Shown here in pieces: positions 18,801 through 28,057 of a DNA stretch of 64,000 nucleotides. The position numbers and the translations under genes are program-made. Origin of the DNA: a virus; the IMG/VR virus record IMGVR_UViG_3300009094_000001, positions 8,579 to 72,578 of that record; one strand, given 5' to 3'. The notes under the pieces were generated by a model. It searched no databases. It worked only from the letters and a program-made list of their open reading frames with translations, and had not been told where the DNA came from. The stretch's first letter is position 1, and every line of letters begins with the position of its first letter.

Positions 18801-21800
18801 AAAGATTTGAAAGCCTGCTTGCCGACGTTGCGCGGCTTGATAACGGACGGCGTTAACAGTTCGCGCTTGTTCAGCTCCGCGAGAATCTGGCCCTTGACGT
18901 TGCCGGGAGTCTTCCCGCGAATTTCGCGCGCGGTCTCCGGCGTTGCGAGTCCCTGCACGAGGTTCGCGAAGTTCGCGACCTCCGGCGTTAGCTGCGTCGG
19001 AACGTAATCCTTATTCTCGGCCGGAATGGAAAGCTCGCCCTCCGTCGGCCGGGTCAACCGTTGCCCATCACCGCGAAAACCGTTTGCTTGATTTTCGGTA
19101 TACGCCTGCACATCTGCCAAAGCTTTTCGCCACGCGGCGTCGGTCAGCTTGCCGTTGACGACCTCGTAAGGTAAAAGCGACTCCGCTTTCTTTTCGGACG
19201 CGAGTTTCGCAATCTGGTGGAGGTTTGAAATCACCTTGTCGGACGACATGGCGATAAGAGTCGGGGTGCCGCCCTGCTCTGTCCACCGCACTGGCACAAA
19301 GGTTTTCTGGTGAAGGTTGACGATGTCTGCCGGGGCGTTAGCCCGATTTTCGACGCGTAATCGTTCCAGCTCCGCGTATCCGGCGGCTTGCGCGCCGCGC
19401 CGGGGCGTGCGGCCTGTCGGTGCTGCCGGGGTGCCTGTATCCGCAATCCCGAGATGCTCGATTTCGAGGACCGGGTTGCCAGCTTCCATCTGGGCGGAGA
19501 TAGCGTTTACACGCTCAGTGACGGTCGGGTCGGCGTCCTTGGCAGCGAGTGCCTTGGCTTCCGTAACGCCCGTTTCTGCCGCGCGCTGCGCTAGGGCGTC
19601 CTGCTGGGCCTTGGTGACGCGTATATTGCGCGCTGGCGGAGCCGGGGCGGCGCTGGGGGGCGTTGGAGCGGCGGGAGCGGCTGCCGGCGGCGTGGGGGCG
19701 GCGGGCTGCGATTCTGGGGCATTGGCTAACAGCTCCCGAGCAGCACCTTCAAACTGAGCCCGTAATTTCTGGGTCAACGGCACGTTCAGGTCAGGGCTGG
19801 TGCGCCCTTGTGTCACGTCCGCGCCGAGGACTTCCCCCACCTGCGCGAGGACGCTTCCGACGGAGCGTAGGAATCCCGCCGGGGCCTTAAGCTGGCTCAC
19901 CGGCACGTTGTTGAACACCGCGTTGAAATTCTCGGCAATCAGCTCGTCAATGAACTTGGCTTCCGAAATCGGGCTGCCAAGTCGAGATTCGTATTGCGCC
20001 TTGAGCTGCGCGAGCTGGTCCGGTGCATAGTTCGCGCGCACGGATTCCGCGAGCGCGTTTTTCGTCTGGTCCGGGAGCAGCGCATACGTGAGGTGCCCGG
20101 ACTCGTGCCAGAGAGCGTTGGAATCTGCATTCAGCAGGACCACCTTGCGCCCGTCCGGCCGTTCAAAATCGAAATAGCCTTGGGCGTCAATTTTCCCTTG
20201 GATGCCCGCGAGTTCGTCGGCTGTTGGGGTTCGCCCGAGCTGCTCCGTTAGCTGCCCAATGATTTGGTTTGCAAAGGTCGTCTTGTCTACCGAGTAAATC
20301 TCACCGCCGAGCGGGCGAAAAATCTCCCGGGCGGTAGTCACATCTCCCTGCTCGTTGACGGAGCGCTTTACTAAGTTGGCCTTGTGCGCGGCGTCGAGAG
20401 TTGCATCGACACCGTAGTCAGGGCTGTTGACCGGCTCGAACTTCGTCGAGTGCGGGTCGAAAAAGGTTTTCGCCGCCAGCTCTCCGCCGACGCGCGCGAC
20501 TCCGTGAACCCCGCCGCCGACTGCGCCGAGCCCGAGACCGCCGCCGAGAATTGCGCCGGCCTGTTCCGAGCCTTCCGCTGCGGCTGCAAGAGGCAAAGAC
20601 ACCCCTGCGCCGATAGCTGCGCCCTTGAGCGGGCTGGTGAACAACGGGGCCGCAAGCCGCGTTCCTTCGACAATACTGGCGAGCGCAGGGGACAGCGGGG
20701 CCTTGCCCGAGACTTGCTGCCCAAAATTCTGGATTGCCTCGCCGGCCCGAGCGAGTTTCGGCGCGAGACGTTCGCCCGCATAAATTCCGGCAATCGTGCC
20801 GAAGGGCCCGCCCTTGACGGTTCCCACCACCGCGCCGGTTGTCGGGGCAGTTTTCCCCGCGAGCGAAACTGCCCTGCCTGCGACTTCAATCGGCTTGCCG
20901 ACGACCGCTCGCGCCGACGGGAGAGATTCAAGCACGGGCTTGATTGCAGTCCCAAGTTTGTCCGCTAGTTTGATTCCGGCTTGCACGGACGGAACCGTGG
21001 CGAGGACCTTCCCGCCCTTGCCGATGAGATTGAATCCAAGCTTGCCGACGCCGCCGGTAGCGACAAGCGTCAAAGGGTCCACCAGAGACATGTTCTCGAT
21101 GGCACTGGGGTCGAGGGTGATTCCCTCCTTCGCGAGTTCGTCCGCGTCGAGTCCGACGCCGCGCAGCAATTCGCCCCGGCCTTCGGTAGTTTCCCGAAGC
21201 TTGGTTTGAAAAGCTGCATCGGTGGAAAGCTCTTGTAGCAACTCTTGGTCGGTTTGTTCCTCTACGGACTTCCCGAAAATTTTCCTCGCCCCGGCCCTTG
21301 CGAGGTCTGCGATTCCAGTAGCCGAAGTTTCAGTTGCGGCAAGTGCCTTGGCTTGGGCCTCGGTGGATTGCCGGAGCCCTTCCGTCTGCAACTCCCGTTT
21401 CACCTGCGGGGATTCAAAAGACCCGAGAATAGTATTCGCGAGGTCCTGCAATCCCGTTAACACAAAAAGATTTGAGGCGGTCTGATACGCGCCTTGGGCG
21501 AACTTTCCGACTGTTGGGATGGCGGACTTAGCCGCCGCCTTTAATGTTTCGCCGACTTGAATTCCCTCCGCGCGACGGGAGCGGTAAGCCGCTAGAAGTT
21601 TTCGTAGACTCTCTGGGTTGCTAGCAATGTTGGGATTGCTCGCAAAAAAGTCTGTGGGGTTGAACTCTTTGTCGGCGGCGAGTTCTTCTGGGGTTTTAGT
21701 GGCGATGTCCTCGGTCGAAAATAACTTCGTAAAAGGCTGATTCGCATTGAAGGCGGCTCTGGGAGTTCCTGACGACGTTGTCGCGTCGGGAATCACCTCG

Positions 21801-21934
21801 AAAGGTTGGTCGGGATTAAACGCCGGCTTTGCGGGGACTGCTGACGCCGCCGGAGTAGCCGACTCCGTCACCTGAGTAAAGGGCAGGCTAGGATTAAACT
21901 GGGGCGGCAGCGCCGGCAATGGATAGTCGGCCAT
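15866..21934 (-). CDS. Giant internal virion/ejection (polyvalent) protein
   Basis: 2022 aa; N-terminal FNPxxPF repeats, Gly/Ala hydrophobic segments, zincin HESGH, and a C-terminal HhH-glycosylase-like domain (SPQT..GPKT.NF..NL..TIDIW..QAILW). Confidence 0.8.
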   Translation of the reverse strand: MADYPLPALPPQFNPSLPFTQVTESATPAASAVPAKPAFNPDQPFEVIPDATTSSGTPRAAFNANQPFTKLFSTEDIATKTPEELAADKEFNPTDFFASNPNIASNPESLRKLLAAYRSRRAEGIQVGETLKAAAKSAIPTVGKFAQGAYQTASNLFVLTGLQDLANTILGSFESPQVKRELQTEGLRQSTEAQAKALAATETSATGIADLARAGARKIFGKSVEEQTDQELLQELSTDAAFQTKLRETTEGRGELLRGVGLDADELAKEGITLDPSAIENMSLVDPLTLVATGGVGKLGFNLIGKGGKVLATVPSVQAGIKLADKLGTAIKPVLESLPSARAVVGKPIEVAGRAVSLAGKTAPTTGAVVGTVKGGPFGTIAGIYAGERLAPKLARAGEAIQNFGQQVSGKAPLSPALASIVEGTRLAAPLFTSPLKGAAIGAGVSLPLAAAAEGSEQAGAILGGGLGLGAVGGGVHGVARVGGELAAKTFFDPHSTKFEPVNSPDYGVDATLDAAHKANLVKRSVNEQGDVTTAREIFRPLGGEIYSVDKTTFANQIIGQLTEQLGRTPTADELAGIQGKIDAQGYFDFERPDGRKVVLLNADSNALWHESGHLTYALLPDQTKNALAESVRANYAPDQLAQLKAQYESRLGSPISEAKFIDELIAENFNAVFNNVPVSQLKAPAGFLRSVGSVLAQVGEVLGADVTQGRTSPDLNVPLTQKLRAQFEGAARELLANAPESQPAAPTPPAAAPAAPTPPSAAPAPPARNIRVTKAQQDALAQRAAETGVTEAKALAAKDADPTVTERVNAISAQMEAGNPVLEIEHLGIADTGTPAAPTGRTPRRGAQAAGYAELERLRVENRANAPADIVNLHQKTFVPVRWTEQGGTPTLIAMSSDKVISNLHQIAKLASEKKAESLLPYEVVNGKLTDAAWRKALADVQAYTENQANGFRGDGQRLTRPTEGELSIPAENKDYVPTQLTPEVANFANLVQGLATPETAREIRGKTPGNVKGQILAELNKRELLTPSVIKPRNVGKQAFKSFPGRSLKEVNPLRNELSARGVSVRELLDVTERIRAKDIASVKPRTDLNFKAPVTDVIRGGFLPNEQSIQQIGDDLRNLDVPGFQAKIKEWGKSLTLKAYEIGENVKSLADIETLRELAREQRATFKEDIAKGDIDAAGASSIKAQFFQEAIEAATGEGGKTGMIRKYVNPDYKPPFPSEGVEFLPRRKAEPVEELPRYLETPEQGRISAMSADFIRTKGTTPQFWLNAETGKVLLAPEGHVEAARDLGGVPSGSDAAQIYDQMESSGWIRGVNDTLNKVYLNGTAELSRIARQTAEDIAFRANKSVTYDGEVIIEKPNIPGQEPEFLPRKPKRDLEKVDFSKYNVEPKKTETKLTGWVLPNKEFVPLSQSYHEQYLAENSTNLNKKFGTKFSDSPDVEERLAALNAGFSRIRYESGTGEAHVEVNAKHWGKQRKAILDQLLDQEDSIDRLSVSLLNDKGQVVDSFRTSLFDVEGAERAGKISEGVESLRGAFLPVAEMTPKEQKAFIKEVQDNAEIKFPEAKIPQFVYNDDGSPKVVYGGQLGRQLEVYNFADTQLAKQASKGKEGKAATEAAATALGDKLAEYYNSIKDIPEISSGVTWYSLARKKLVELFGDDSKLFAELLGATSPQTDVKQNFKYALDAYNQFKAGAFDDILKKYREGKQKWATGDIQEYLDDTGKKLTGPKVKQATRGHFLNWWIEKNELTPYRSEKNPEGKPLRYGMHSKPLLRVLDGSWLEEVVGPKTPNFMGNLTGDTFEATIDIWAARALHRMGAEQPGKRWRILPESETGVTDADFEFGQKAFRHAAEKVGIQPDALQAILWFAEKDHWQKQGWLKGENVAAAEKSDFNTFFAKTEKVGPGKFQLKEEPKIQKKKVAVAPKTGEIAGVKKLTQFLPGEIQPRARVRVERPSRIGPTTRGYWATEFIGGTKPAIFDTRAEAQSFIESEGFTDARIVPADSPGNQRITFKQETSYVPEKGN

Positions 21935-21937
21935 AGA

Positions 21938-22516
21938 TTATCGAGCGCCCTTACTAAGATTCTCCGCTGCAAACAGCGGTTGAAAATTGGAAAAGTGAAA
22001 GCACTCACGCTGCTGTTCTGGGTCAGTCAAGTCAAACTTGGCGCAAGGTTTTATGTGGTCGAGGTGCCAGACCGGCCCGTGGTTTTCCCATGACATGCCG
22101 GGACGAAATTGCTTTTCAATATGCTGCCGGAATTCAGGCAGCGGGCAACCGAGAAGTTTTTTCGCCGAGCAGGCGCGGCTGTCCCGGTTTACCAGTTGTG
22201 AGAGTCGTTTTCGGAGGCGAAGCATCAGCTTATATTCGGGGTCGGTTCTCCGGCGGTTAAGGAAATACAACCGGATTTTTTCCCGATTTTCCTTCCGGTA
22301 ACGTGTGGCATACTCCTCCCGCTTCTCTGAATTGTTTGCCACGTATCTACGAGTCTGCTCAAGTAATTTTTCCCGATTGTTCAGATACCGAACGCGGTCC
22401 TTTTCCTTTTTGCACGCCCGACAATACCCAACAAAATGCCCTGAATATGGGCCAGACAACCGACGGCTTGAATTCTCGTCGGTCTGAACCTCTTTGCAGT
22501 ATGGACAAGTCTGCAT
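21938..22516 (-). CDS. HNH endonuclease
   Basis: CPYC..CRAC, PGMSWENHG..WHLDHIKP..FHFSNFQPL..ENLSKG. Confidence 0.85.
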   Translation of the reverse strand: MQTCPYCKEVQTDENSSRRLSGPYSGHFVGYCRACKKEKDRVRYLNNREKLLEQTRRYVANNSEKREEYATRYRKENREKIRLYFLNRRRTDPEYKLMLRLRKRLSQLVNRDSRACSAKKLLGCPLPEFRQHIEKQFRPGMSWENHGPVWHLDHIKPCAKFDLTDPEQQRECFHFSNFQPLFAAENLSKGAR

Positions 22517-22520
22517 AGAA

Positions 22521-23933
22521 TTATTCCGGGACGTATCGATTTCCATCCCAACGATACGTGGTTCCATTTTGCACTACCCGCTGCGTTCCTGCCGAGGGTG
22601 GTGCCACAGAGCCAGTCGCGGGTTGATTAGAAGAAGACGGACCCGCCTTCCTTGTTCTACTGTTCGCGCGGTTAATAAGGTCTACGTCCTGCTGAGGGAC
22701 AATCGAGCCCACCGGGGCCCCTAACCGACTCTCGGTTTCAACAAACTGTTCGATGGTAGGGATTGCAGATTGAACCTGTCCGAGGTAAACCTCTTCCGAC
22801 GCCTCCGCCAATTTAATGCGTTGTTCGGGGGTTAGCCTCAATCCCTTGACGACTTTGTTCCAATAATTACGAATTGTTTCTGGGACGCCCCTCGCGTTTT
22901 CAGAAGTAGCATACTCCCCCTCACGAACTGTAGACCCGGGGTCCAAAATCTTGAGCCAGCTAAAAATTGCTGCTTGGTCGTTTTGTGGCGTGCTTGGCTT
23001 ATTCGGGTCTAGCACGTTTGATAATTTGAAAAACGCAGACTGAACTTTTCGTAAATCTTGGATTTCTTGTTTTGTGCCGTATGCAGAATTCGTTACGCGA
23101 ACCTCAGACTCTAGTTTCGCTCCGGCCTCGCCAGCTTGTTTCGCCTGCGCTTCAATCACGCCGGGAATCGCCTTGATGCGCGCCGCCTCGATAGCCTGAT
23201 TACGCGCCAAGTCAGTTACGTCCTGTTTCAGCCGGTTAAAATATTCCGGCGTGCCTTTGAAAATCGTCAACGGCCGGGACTTGACCTCGTTCACGTATCG
23301 CTGATACGCCGCCTGCACCTCGGGGCGGTTCAGGTTGTCAGCCGCGTTAGTGCCGGCAGGATGTTGACCGCCTTGATTAAGAAACCATTCATCAATCGGA
23401 GCAGGAGTATTCGTAGCCGCCTCCGGGTCGGTGACGGTGAGGCGCTCCGGCGGAGGGGCTCCGTTTGCGGCTGTCCACGCGTCGAGGATTTGGTCAGTCG
23501 TGAGCTGCGCGACGGTTCGCAATCGCGTGTCAACATCCGGGCTGGCGAGTCCTGTAGTGATTTCAGCAGCTTTTGCACGCTGCAAATCGGAGGCTGCTGA
23601 TTCCGCTTCGGTAGGAAGCGCACGGATGGCAGCTTCGGTCTGTCCAACAGCGAGGGCTTGTCGTCGAGGTTGAATATTGATTTCATTTTCGAGTGCTCCG
23701 GTCTGTGCTCGCCGCGCGAGTGGGCGGATATTGCGGAGGTCTTCGAGATTCTGTTTTTGCGCTTCTGCCTCGACGGGCAAGGAAAGACCTCGACGAGTGA
23801 AGTCGTCCACCGTCAAGAAACCTTGACGGAATGCCTGCATCAAATCGCCAACAGCCGGCGTGATGTTGCCCTCGCCGATTGCTGCGATGTTTTGGGTATT
23901 TAACCCGCCCGCTCTGTCGGATGCTAAAGCCAT
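22521..23933 (-). CDS. Internal virion/ejection protein
   Basis: Position in the ejection module; DQAAIFSWLKILDPGSTVREGE motif seen in podovirus core proteins. Confidence 0.65.
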   Translation of the reverse strand: MALASDRAGGLNTQNIAAIGEGNITPAVGDLMQAFRQGFLTVDDFTRRGLSLPVEAEAQKQNLEDLRNIRPLARRAQTGALENEINIQPRRQALAVGQTEAAIRALPTEAESAASDLQRAKAAEITTGLASPDVDTRLRTVAQLTTDQILDAWTAANGAPPPERLTVTDPEAATNTPAPIDEWFLNQGGQHPAGTNAADNLNRPEVQAAYQRYVNEVKSRPLTIFKGTPEYFNRLKQDVTDLARNQAIEAARIKAIPGVIEAQAKQAGEAGAKLESEVRVTNSAYGTKQEIQDLRKVQSAFFKLSNVLDPNKPSTPQNDQAAIFSWLKILDPGSTVREGEYATSENARGVPETIRNYWNKVVKGLRLTPEQRIKLAEASEEVYLGQVQSAIPTIEQFVETESRLGAPVGSIVPQQDVDLINRANSRTRKAGPSSSNQPATGSVAPPSAGTQRVVQNGTTYRWDGNRYVPE

Positions 23934-23936
23934 ATA

Positions 23937-25013
23937 TTAATATCGAACCCCGTATTGAGAATACTGCGGGTTCTGCAAAATGCTTTGCGAAAGTCGAGTG
24001 TAGTCGATGAGCGGTTGCTGCCCGAGTTGGTATCCTGCCTGCATTCCGCCGGCCCCGCCAACTGCGCCAACTGTTCCGCCGCCTGCTCCGACGCTGCCGA
24101 CAGCGGGAGTCGCCATCGAACCGATTCCAGCCGTCGCAAGCCCCGTGCCCGCGCCGATGAGGCTAGCCGTAAATTGTCCCTGCGCCGCCGCTTGTCCGGC
24201 CGCAACTTGCCCGCGTTGGCCGAGCAGGTTCGCCTTGCCCTTGGTGCGCGCGATTTCGATATCGGTTGCCTGCAACCCGGAGAGCCCGCTCTCAGGCAGC
24301 AAAGCCTCGGAAAGCTGTAACCCCGCGCCGGCACGCTGAATTTCCGCCGCTTCTTTTGCAGCGACGGATGGGAAAATGTTGGCCAGCAAAGTCTGCCGGC
24401 TACGCGCGAGCGCGTCCGCCGTGCTGGCGAGTGCCGCGCCTTCCTGCGCACGTTGCGACTTGAGGGCGAGACCCGCTCCGCCGAGAAGTCGTGCGGTCGT
24501 TCCGCCGATTGCGCGCTCCCCCGTGCCGATGCCCGCCTGAGCGCCGGTGGTAAGACCAGAGCGAACAAGCTCCGCCTGAAATTCGGGAGGCAGTGACGCG
24601 CCTGCGTCGAAATCTTCTTGGGCCCGCTGGATGATAGAACTCTTGAGCCTCTCCATCCGTTCATCCGGCGCGATGCTTTCCTTGAAAAGCTGATTCGCGA
24701 CTTGACTGGTCTGCCGGGATTCCACCGGCTGCCGCGCGAGCTTGAGCAATTGCTCCTTGCTGTATTGACGCAAGTCTGCAATCTCCGGGTCGATTTCCTT
24801 TTGGAGGTCGAGACGATTGCGAGCGCGTTCCTCGTCGAATTGAATCGCGAGGCGATTGAGAGCGCCGGGGTCCAGCTTCCGGCGCAACAGCTCCTCTTGC
24901 CTGCCGATAGCTTTCTTTTGAGCCGACGCGGCTTTGTCGGATGCACGTTTTTGCGCGTATGCGGCACCCGCCGCACCCACTGCAATGACCGCTGCTGTCG
25001 TTATGACCGCCAA
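23937..25013 (-). CDS. Internal virion/pilot protein
   Basis: Hydrophobic Ala/Gly N-terminus (MAVITTAAVIAVGAAGAAY), Q/A-rich helices and Gly-rich C-terminus; follows the GNAT gene. Confidence 0.65.
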   Translation of the reverse strand: MAVITTAAVIAVGAAGAAYAQKRASDKAASAQKKAIGRQEELLRRKLDPGALNRLAIQFDEERARNRLDLQKEIDPEIADLRQYSKEQLLKLARQPVESRQTSQVANQLFKESIAPDERMERLKSSIIQRAQEDFDAGASLPPEFQAELVRSGLTTGAQAGIGTGERAIGGTTARLLGGAGLALKSQRAQEGAALASTADALARSRQTLLANIFPSVAAKEAAEIQRAGAGLQLSEALLPESGLSGLQATDIEIARTKGKANLLGQRGQVAAGQAAAQGQFTASLIGAGTGLATAGIGSMATPAVGSVGAGGGTVGAVGGAGGMQAGYQLGQQPLIDYTRLSQSILQNPQYSQYGVRY

Positions 25014-25028
25014 GGTATACCTCCCATA

Positions 25029-25484
25029 TTAAATTTCTTTACCAAAAGTTTTCTCTACCGGTCGGTAGCCACGTCGCAGGTAAATTCCGTCCAGCAATTC
25101 TATCTGCGGAGTTTCCAGCCTCGCCATAAGAATTTTCTTACAGCCCCGCAACGCTGCCTCCGCCTCAAACGCATCGAAAAGTTTCCCAGCTAACTTCGCG
25201 CCGCGATACTCCGGCAGCACATACCAAAAGGACTCGCTCGCGGTCAGTAGCCCCGAGAAGCAGTCGGGAACGAACGCGCAACCCAAAATCGCAACCGCCC
25301 GGTTCTCGTGGTAAATCACGAACAGCGCGCCGATTTCCGTATCGAGCAAAGGGCCCCAATACTTGTCGAACGCTTCGTAGTTGAACCCGCCGGGGTGGTT
25401 CACCTCTTTGGCGAACGCGTGCCCAATCTCTTCAACGTCCCGGAGATTAACGCGAGTAATTTTTTCGATGGGGTCTAGGTGCAT
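25029..25484 (-). CDS. GNAT acetyltransferase (virion module)
   Basis: ESFWYVLPEYRG...LFDAFEAEA..RGC...YLRRGY. Confidence 0.85.
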   Translation of the reverse strand: MHLDPIEKITRVNLRDVEEIGHAFAKEVNHPGGFNYEAFDKYWGPLLDTEIGALFVIYHENRAVAILGCAFVPDCFSGLLTASESFWYVLPEYRGAKLAGKLFDAFEAEAALRGCKKILMARLETPQIELLDGIYLRRGYRPVEKTFGKEI

Positions 25485-26071
25485 GGGGTAAAAAAGGAGC
25501 AGAACACGAGCCGCCCGTTTTCAGGAGTCGTCCCGAAAGCCTTGAACGGAAATCTTGAGTGGAACGCGGCGGTTGGATAAGTGATGGCTCTGTTATACCG
25601 CATCTCAGCGAGATGCGTTTGCTCCCACGCCGAAACATCGTCCCAGTCTTTTGTCAGGCCCTCCCAAACTCGCTTCGGGTTCTTCCCCCGCCGAAGGATT
25701 TCTTCCTTGGTCGGCCAAGCAGTGAAACCCGTCTTGCGGTGACGCCAGAAGGCCGTTCCGCCGGAGCAGTCCTCCGGCTTGCTGAGATACAGCACCAGCG
25801 CGCACTTGTCGTATTGAGCATCGGAGTGAATCGCGCTGTTGGGGCTCTCGTCGCCGAAATTCAGGCGAAAGACTGAGTATCTCTGTTCGATTGGGGCCCC
25901 CACCCACTCTTCGATTTCGGATTTGAAAAGATATCGGGCGGCGACGGCGACGCGCTTATATAACTGCCCGTCCGGCCCCGTGATGTCCTGAAAAGGCATG
26001 TCCGGCATTAGGGCTCGAATCGCCCCCGGGTCTCGGAGGAAATCATCTTTCACAATGTAGGGCGGCGTCAT
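25475..26071 (-). CDS. 2OG-Fe(II) oxygenase-like protein
   Basis: IHSD...ALVLYL..GGTAFW...YNRAI.Y...FHSR (HxD..H triad). Confidence 0.8.
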   Translation of the reverse strand: MTPPYIVKDDFLRDPGAIRALMPDMPFQDITGPDGQLYKRVAVAARYLFKSEIEEWVGAPIEQRYSVFRLNFGDESPNSAIHSDAQYDKCALVLYLSKPEDCSGGTAFWRHRKTGFTAWPTKEEILRRGKNPKRVWEGLTKDWDDVSAWEQTHLAEMRYNRAITYPTAAFHSRFPFKAFGTTPENGRLVFCSFFTPCT

Positions 26072-26076
26072 CTAGT

Positions 26077-26106
26077 AAAGGTCCCCGAAACAGGAACCAA
26101 GTCAAG
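26077..26106 (-). promoter_or_regulatory. Class II promoter
   Basis: CTTGACT-N15-GGACCTTT; ATG 5 nt downstream. Confidence 0.75.
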
Positions 26107-26109
26107 CCG

Positions 26110-27189
26110 TTACAGCTTATAAAGGGTCCAGAGCCAGAGCGATTGGGGCTCGTTGTCGTGAGGCTGAGCAGCAGTAGTATACGCCTCGGCGTCCGCCTTA
26201 TCGTATTGCTTTGCCGTAATCAGCGTAGCGCCCGTGGTTCCATTGCCTGCGGTGCCCGCTACTGGGTCGCCCGCGATGTCTTGGCCGATTCCCTGCTGGG
26301 GGTTCGACCGAAAGTGATTCGGCGGAACCGGTGTGGGAATCTCCATGTCGTCCCCGTCGTCGATTCGGTGAATCCGAAAACGCTGGTCCGGCGCGTTGGC
26401 GAACATGTGCCCGATTTCGTGCGTGTGCTGCTCAACCTGCCGCGAGTTCAGCGTGACGTTTTGCGAACCCGACTGCTCGCCGGCAGCCTTGCCGGAGATG
26501 CCGGACTGCGTGGATAACGCCGAGACCGGGCTGGTGCCGGGGTCCTTGGACGCCATGCCGAGAAATCGGCCGCGCTGCGATTCGTCGTCTCGCCCGAGCA
26601 CGTCCCAGCCCGGGTTGTGCCGGAGTGCCTCCGTCAAAATAGTGTGCGTGACGTGCTTCACGTCGCCGGGTGAACCTGCAACCGTGCGCCAAGTGCCGCG
26701 CTCCCAGCGAATCAGCACGTTGATATCCGTGTCGAAATAATTTTCGAGGTCAACGGGTTCGGTGGGGCGGTTCGCCGTCGGGCCGGAGTGCGTGATGTTT
26801 GCGGACGCCTGCCACTCGGCCCCGTCCCACGCATATAGACCGACAATTCGGTTTTGCGAGGTTCGGAGCCAGACGAGCGGGTCGTCCGGTCCCGGCGTGC
26901 CGGGATTCGCATCTTGGGCAAAGAACAACGGAAGCTGCGACGCGGAAATGTCCTGCGGAATGTAGCGCCCTGCGGACGCACTAAATACCCACCACTGCGT
27001 TCCGTTTTTCAACCACGGGCCAACATTAGAAGAGGGCTCCACTTCGCCGATGACAAAGAAGTTGGTTCCGACGGGACTCAGGATTGCCAATCGGCGCACC
27101 ATCTCCTCGAAAAATTCTTGGACAGTTCCTTGGAAATCTTGGGGGAGCGGGGCAGCTCGTAAAACCAAATTCGTGCGGTTCAGGGACAT
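26110..27189 (-). CDS. Tail fibre/collar-like protein
   Basis: GWD...RGRFLG...GSQNVTL....HTH...AQPHDN tail-collar/needle pattern. Confidence 0.65.
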   Translation of the reverse strand: MSLNRTNLVLRAAPLPQDFQGTVQEFFEEMVRRLAILSPVGTNFFVIGEVEPSSNVGPWLKNGTQWWVFSASAGRYIPQDISASQLPLFFAQDANPGTPGPDDPLVWLRTSQNRIVGLYAWDGAEWQASANITHSGPTANRPTEPVDLENYFDTDINVLIRWERGTWRTVAGSPGDVKHVTHTILTEALRHNPGWDVLGRDDESQRGRFLGMASKDPGTSPVSALSTQSGISGKAAGEQSGSQNVTLNSRQVEQHTHEIGHMFANAPDQRFRIHRIDDGDDMEIPTPVPPNHFRSNPQQGIGQDIAGDPVAGTAGNGTTGATLITAKQYDKADAEAYTTAAQPHDNEPQSLWLWTLYKL

Positions 27190-27653
27190 ACTAGATTTAC
27201 TTTCTCTGCAATGCGCTTATCTGCATTGCGGTTTTTTGTTCGGACTCTGTGACAATTAGAGCAAACCAACTGGCACTTATCAATTTCTTGGCGTAGCTCC
27301 TCCAATGGTCGGCAAGTCGCCTGACCGATGGTAAATTTCTTATCCCTTAGGTGGTCGAAATCCATGCACTCGGGGGGAAACATTCCGCCGCAATCATAGC
27401 AAGGACGTTCGGCTTTAATGAAATGAATCAGTCGATAAAACCGCTCTTCTCGCCGGTTTATTCCCGCCAGATATTTTTCTCGGTTGTCTTGATTCCATTT
27501 TGAGGTTCTCTTACACTGACACTTTCGGCAAGTGGAAGATAATTTCCCCCGCATGGATTTCTTGGCCGAGCTTACAGGATACCGATAAGTATTCTCGTCG
27601 GTTTTCGTCACGCCGCATTTTGTGCAGTTCGGATTGATTGGATTTACATTCAT
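27180..27653 (-). CDS. HNH endonuclease
   Basis: RPCYDCG..FDH..EIDKCQLVCSNCHRVRT. Confidence 0.85.
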   Translation of the reverse strand: MNVNPINPNCTKCGVTKTDENTYRYPVSSAKKSMRGKLSSTCRKCQCKRTSKWNQDNREKYLAGINRREERFYRLIHFIKAERPCYDCGGMFPPECMDFDHLRDKKFTIGQATCRPLEELRQEIDKCQLVCSNCHRVRTKNRNADKRIAEKVNLVCP

Positions 27654-28057
27654 GGTATTGTAACGGGCCCGATTAGGGGAGAAGGAAACGTTTCTCCGTA
27701 GTCCGGCTCTAAACCTGTTACTTTAAACCAATATTCGCCCGGTGTCAAGGAAGAAAAAACATCAAAGTGCGGGTCAACCAAGTTCGCCGTCAGTAACGAA
27801 AACGGTCCGCCCTCTGCCGTTGCGTAATACACCACGAACGCGTCGATATACGAGCGCGTGCTCCACGACAGGAAATTCCCGTCCATGAAAATCGTCTCCG
27901 GGCCGGCGAGTCGGTTCGTCTGCTCAACCTCCAGCGTGGCGGAAATTGCGCCGCCCGAGCCGGAACTCGACGCGAACATCTCGCACACCAGCGGCGAGAA
28001 GTAGTTAATCGACAACGCGCGACGAGTGACGCCGACGAAACTAGCAAATTCTCTCAC
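27650..28057 (-). CDS. Fn3/Ig-like virion protein
   Basis: LSW...YYAT...LTPGEYWFKVTG..GETFPS. Confidence 0.55.
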   Translation of the reverse strand: MREFASFVGVTRRALSINYFSPLVCEMFASSSGSGGAISATLEVEQTNRLAGPETIFMDGNFLSWSTRSYIDAFVVYYATAEGGPFSLLTANLVDPHFDVFSSLTPGEYWFKVTGLEPDYGETFPSPLIGPVTIP

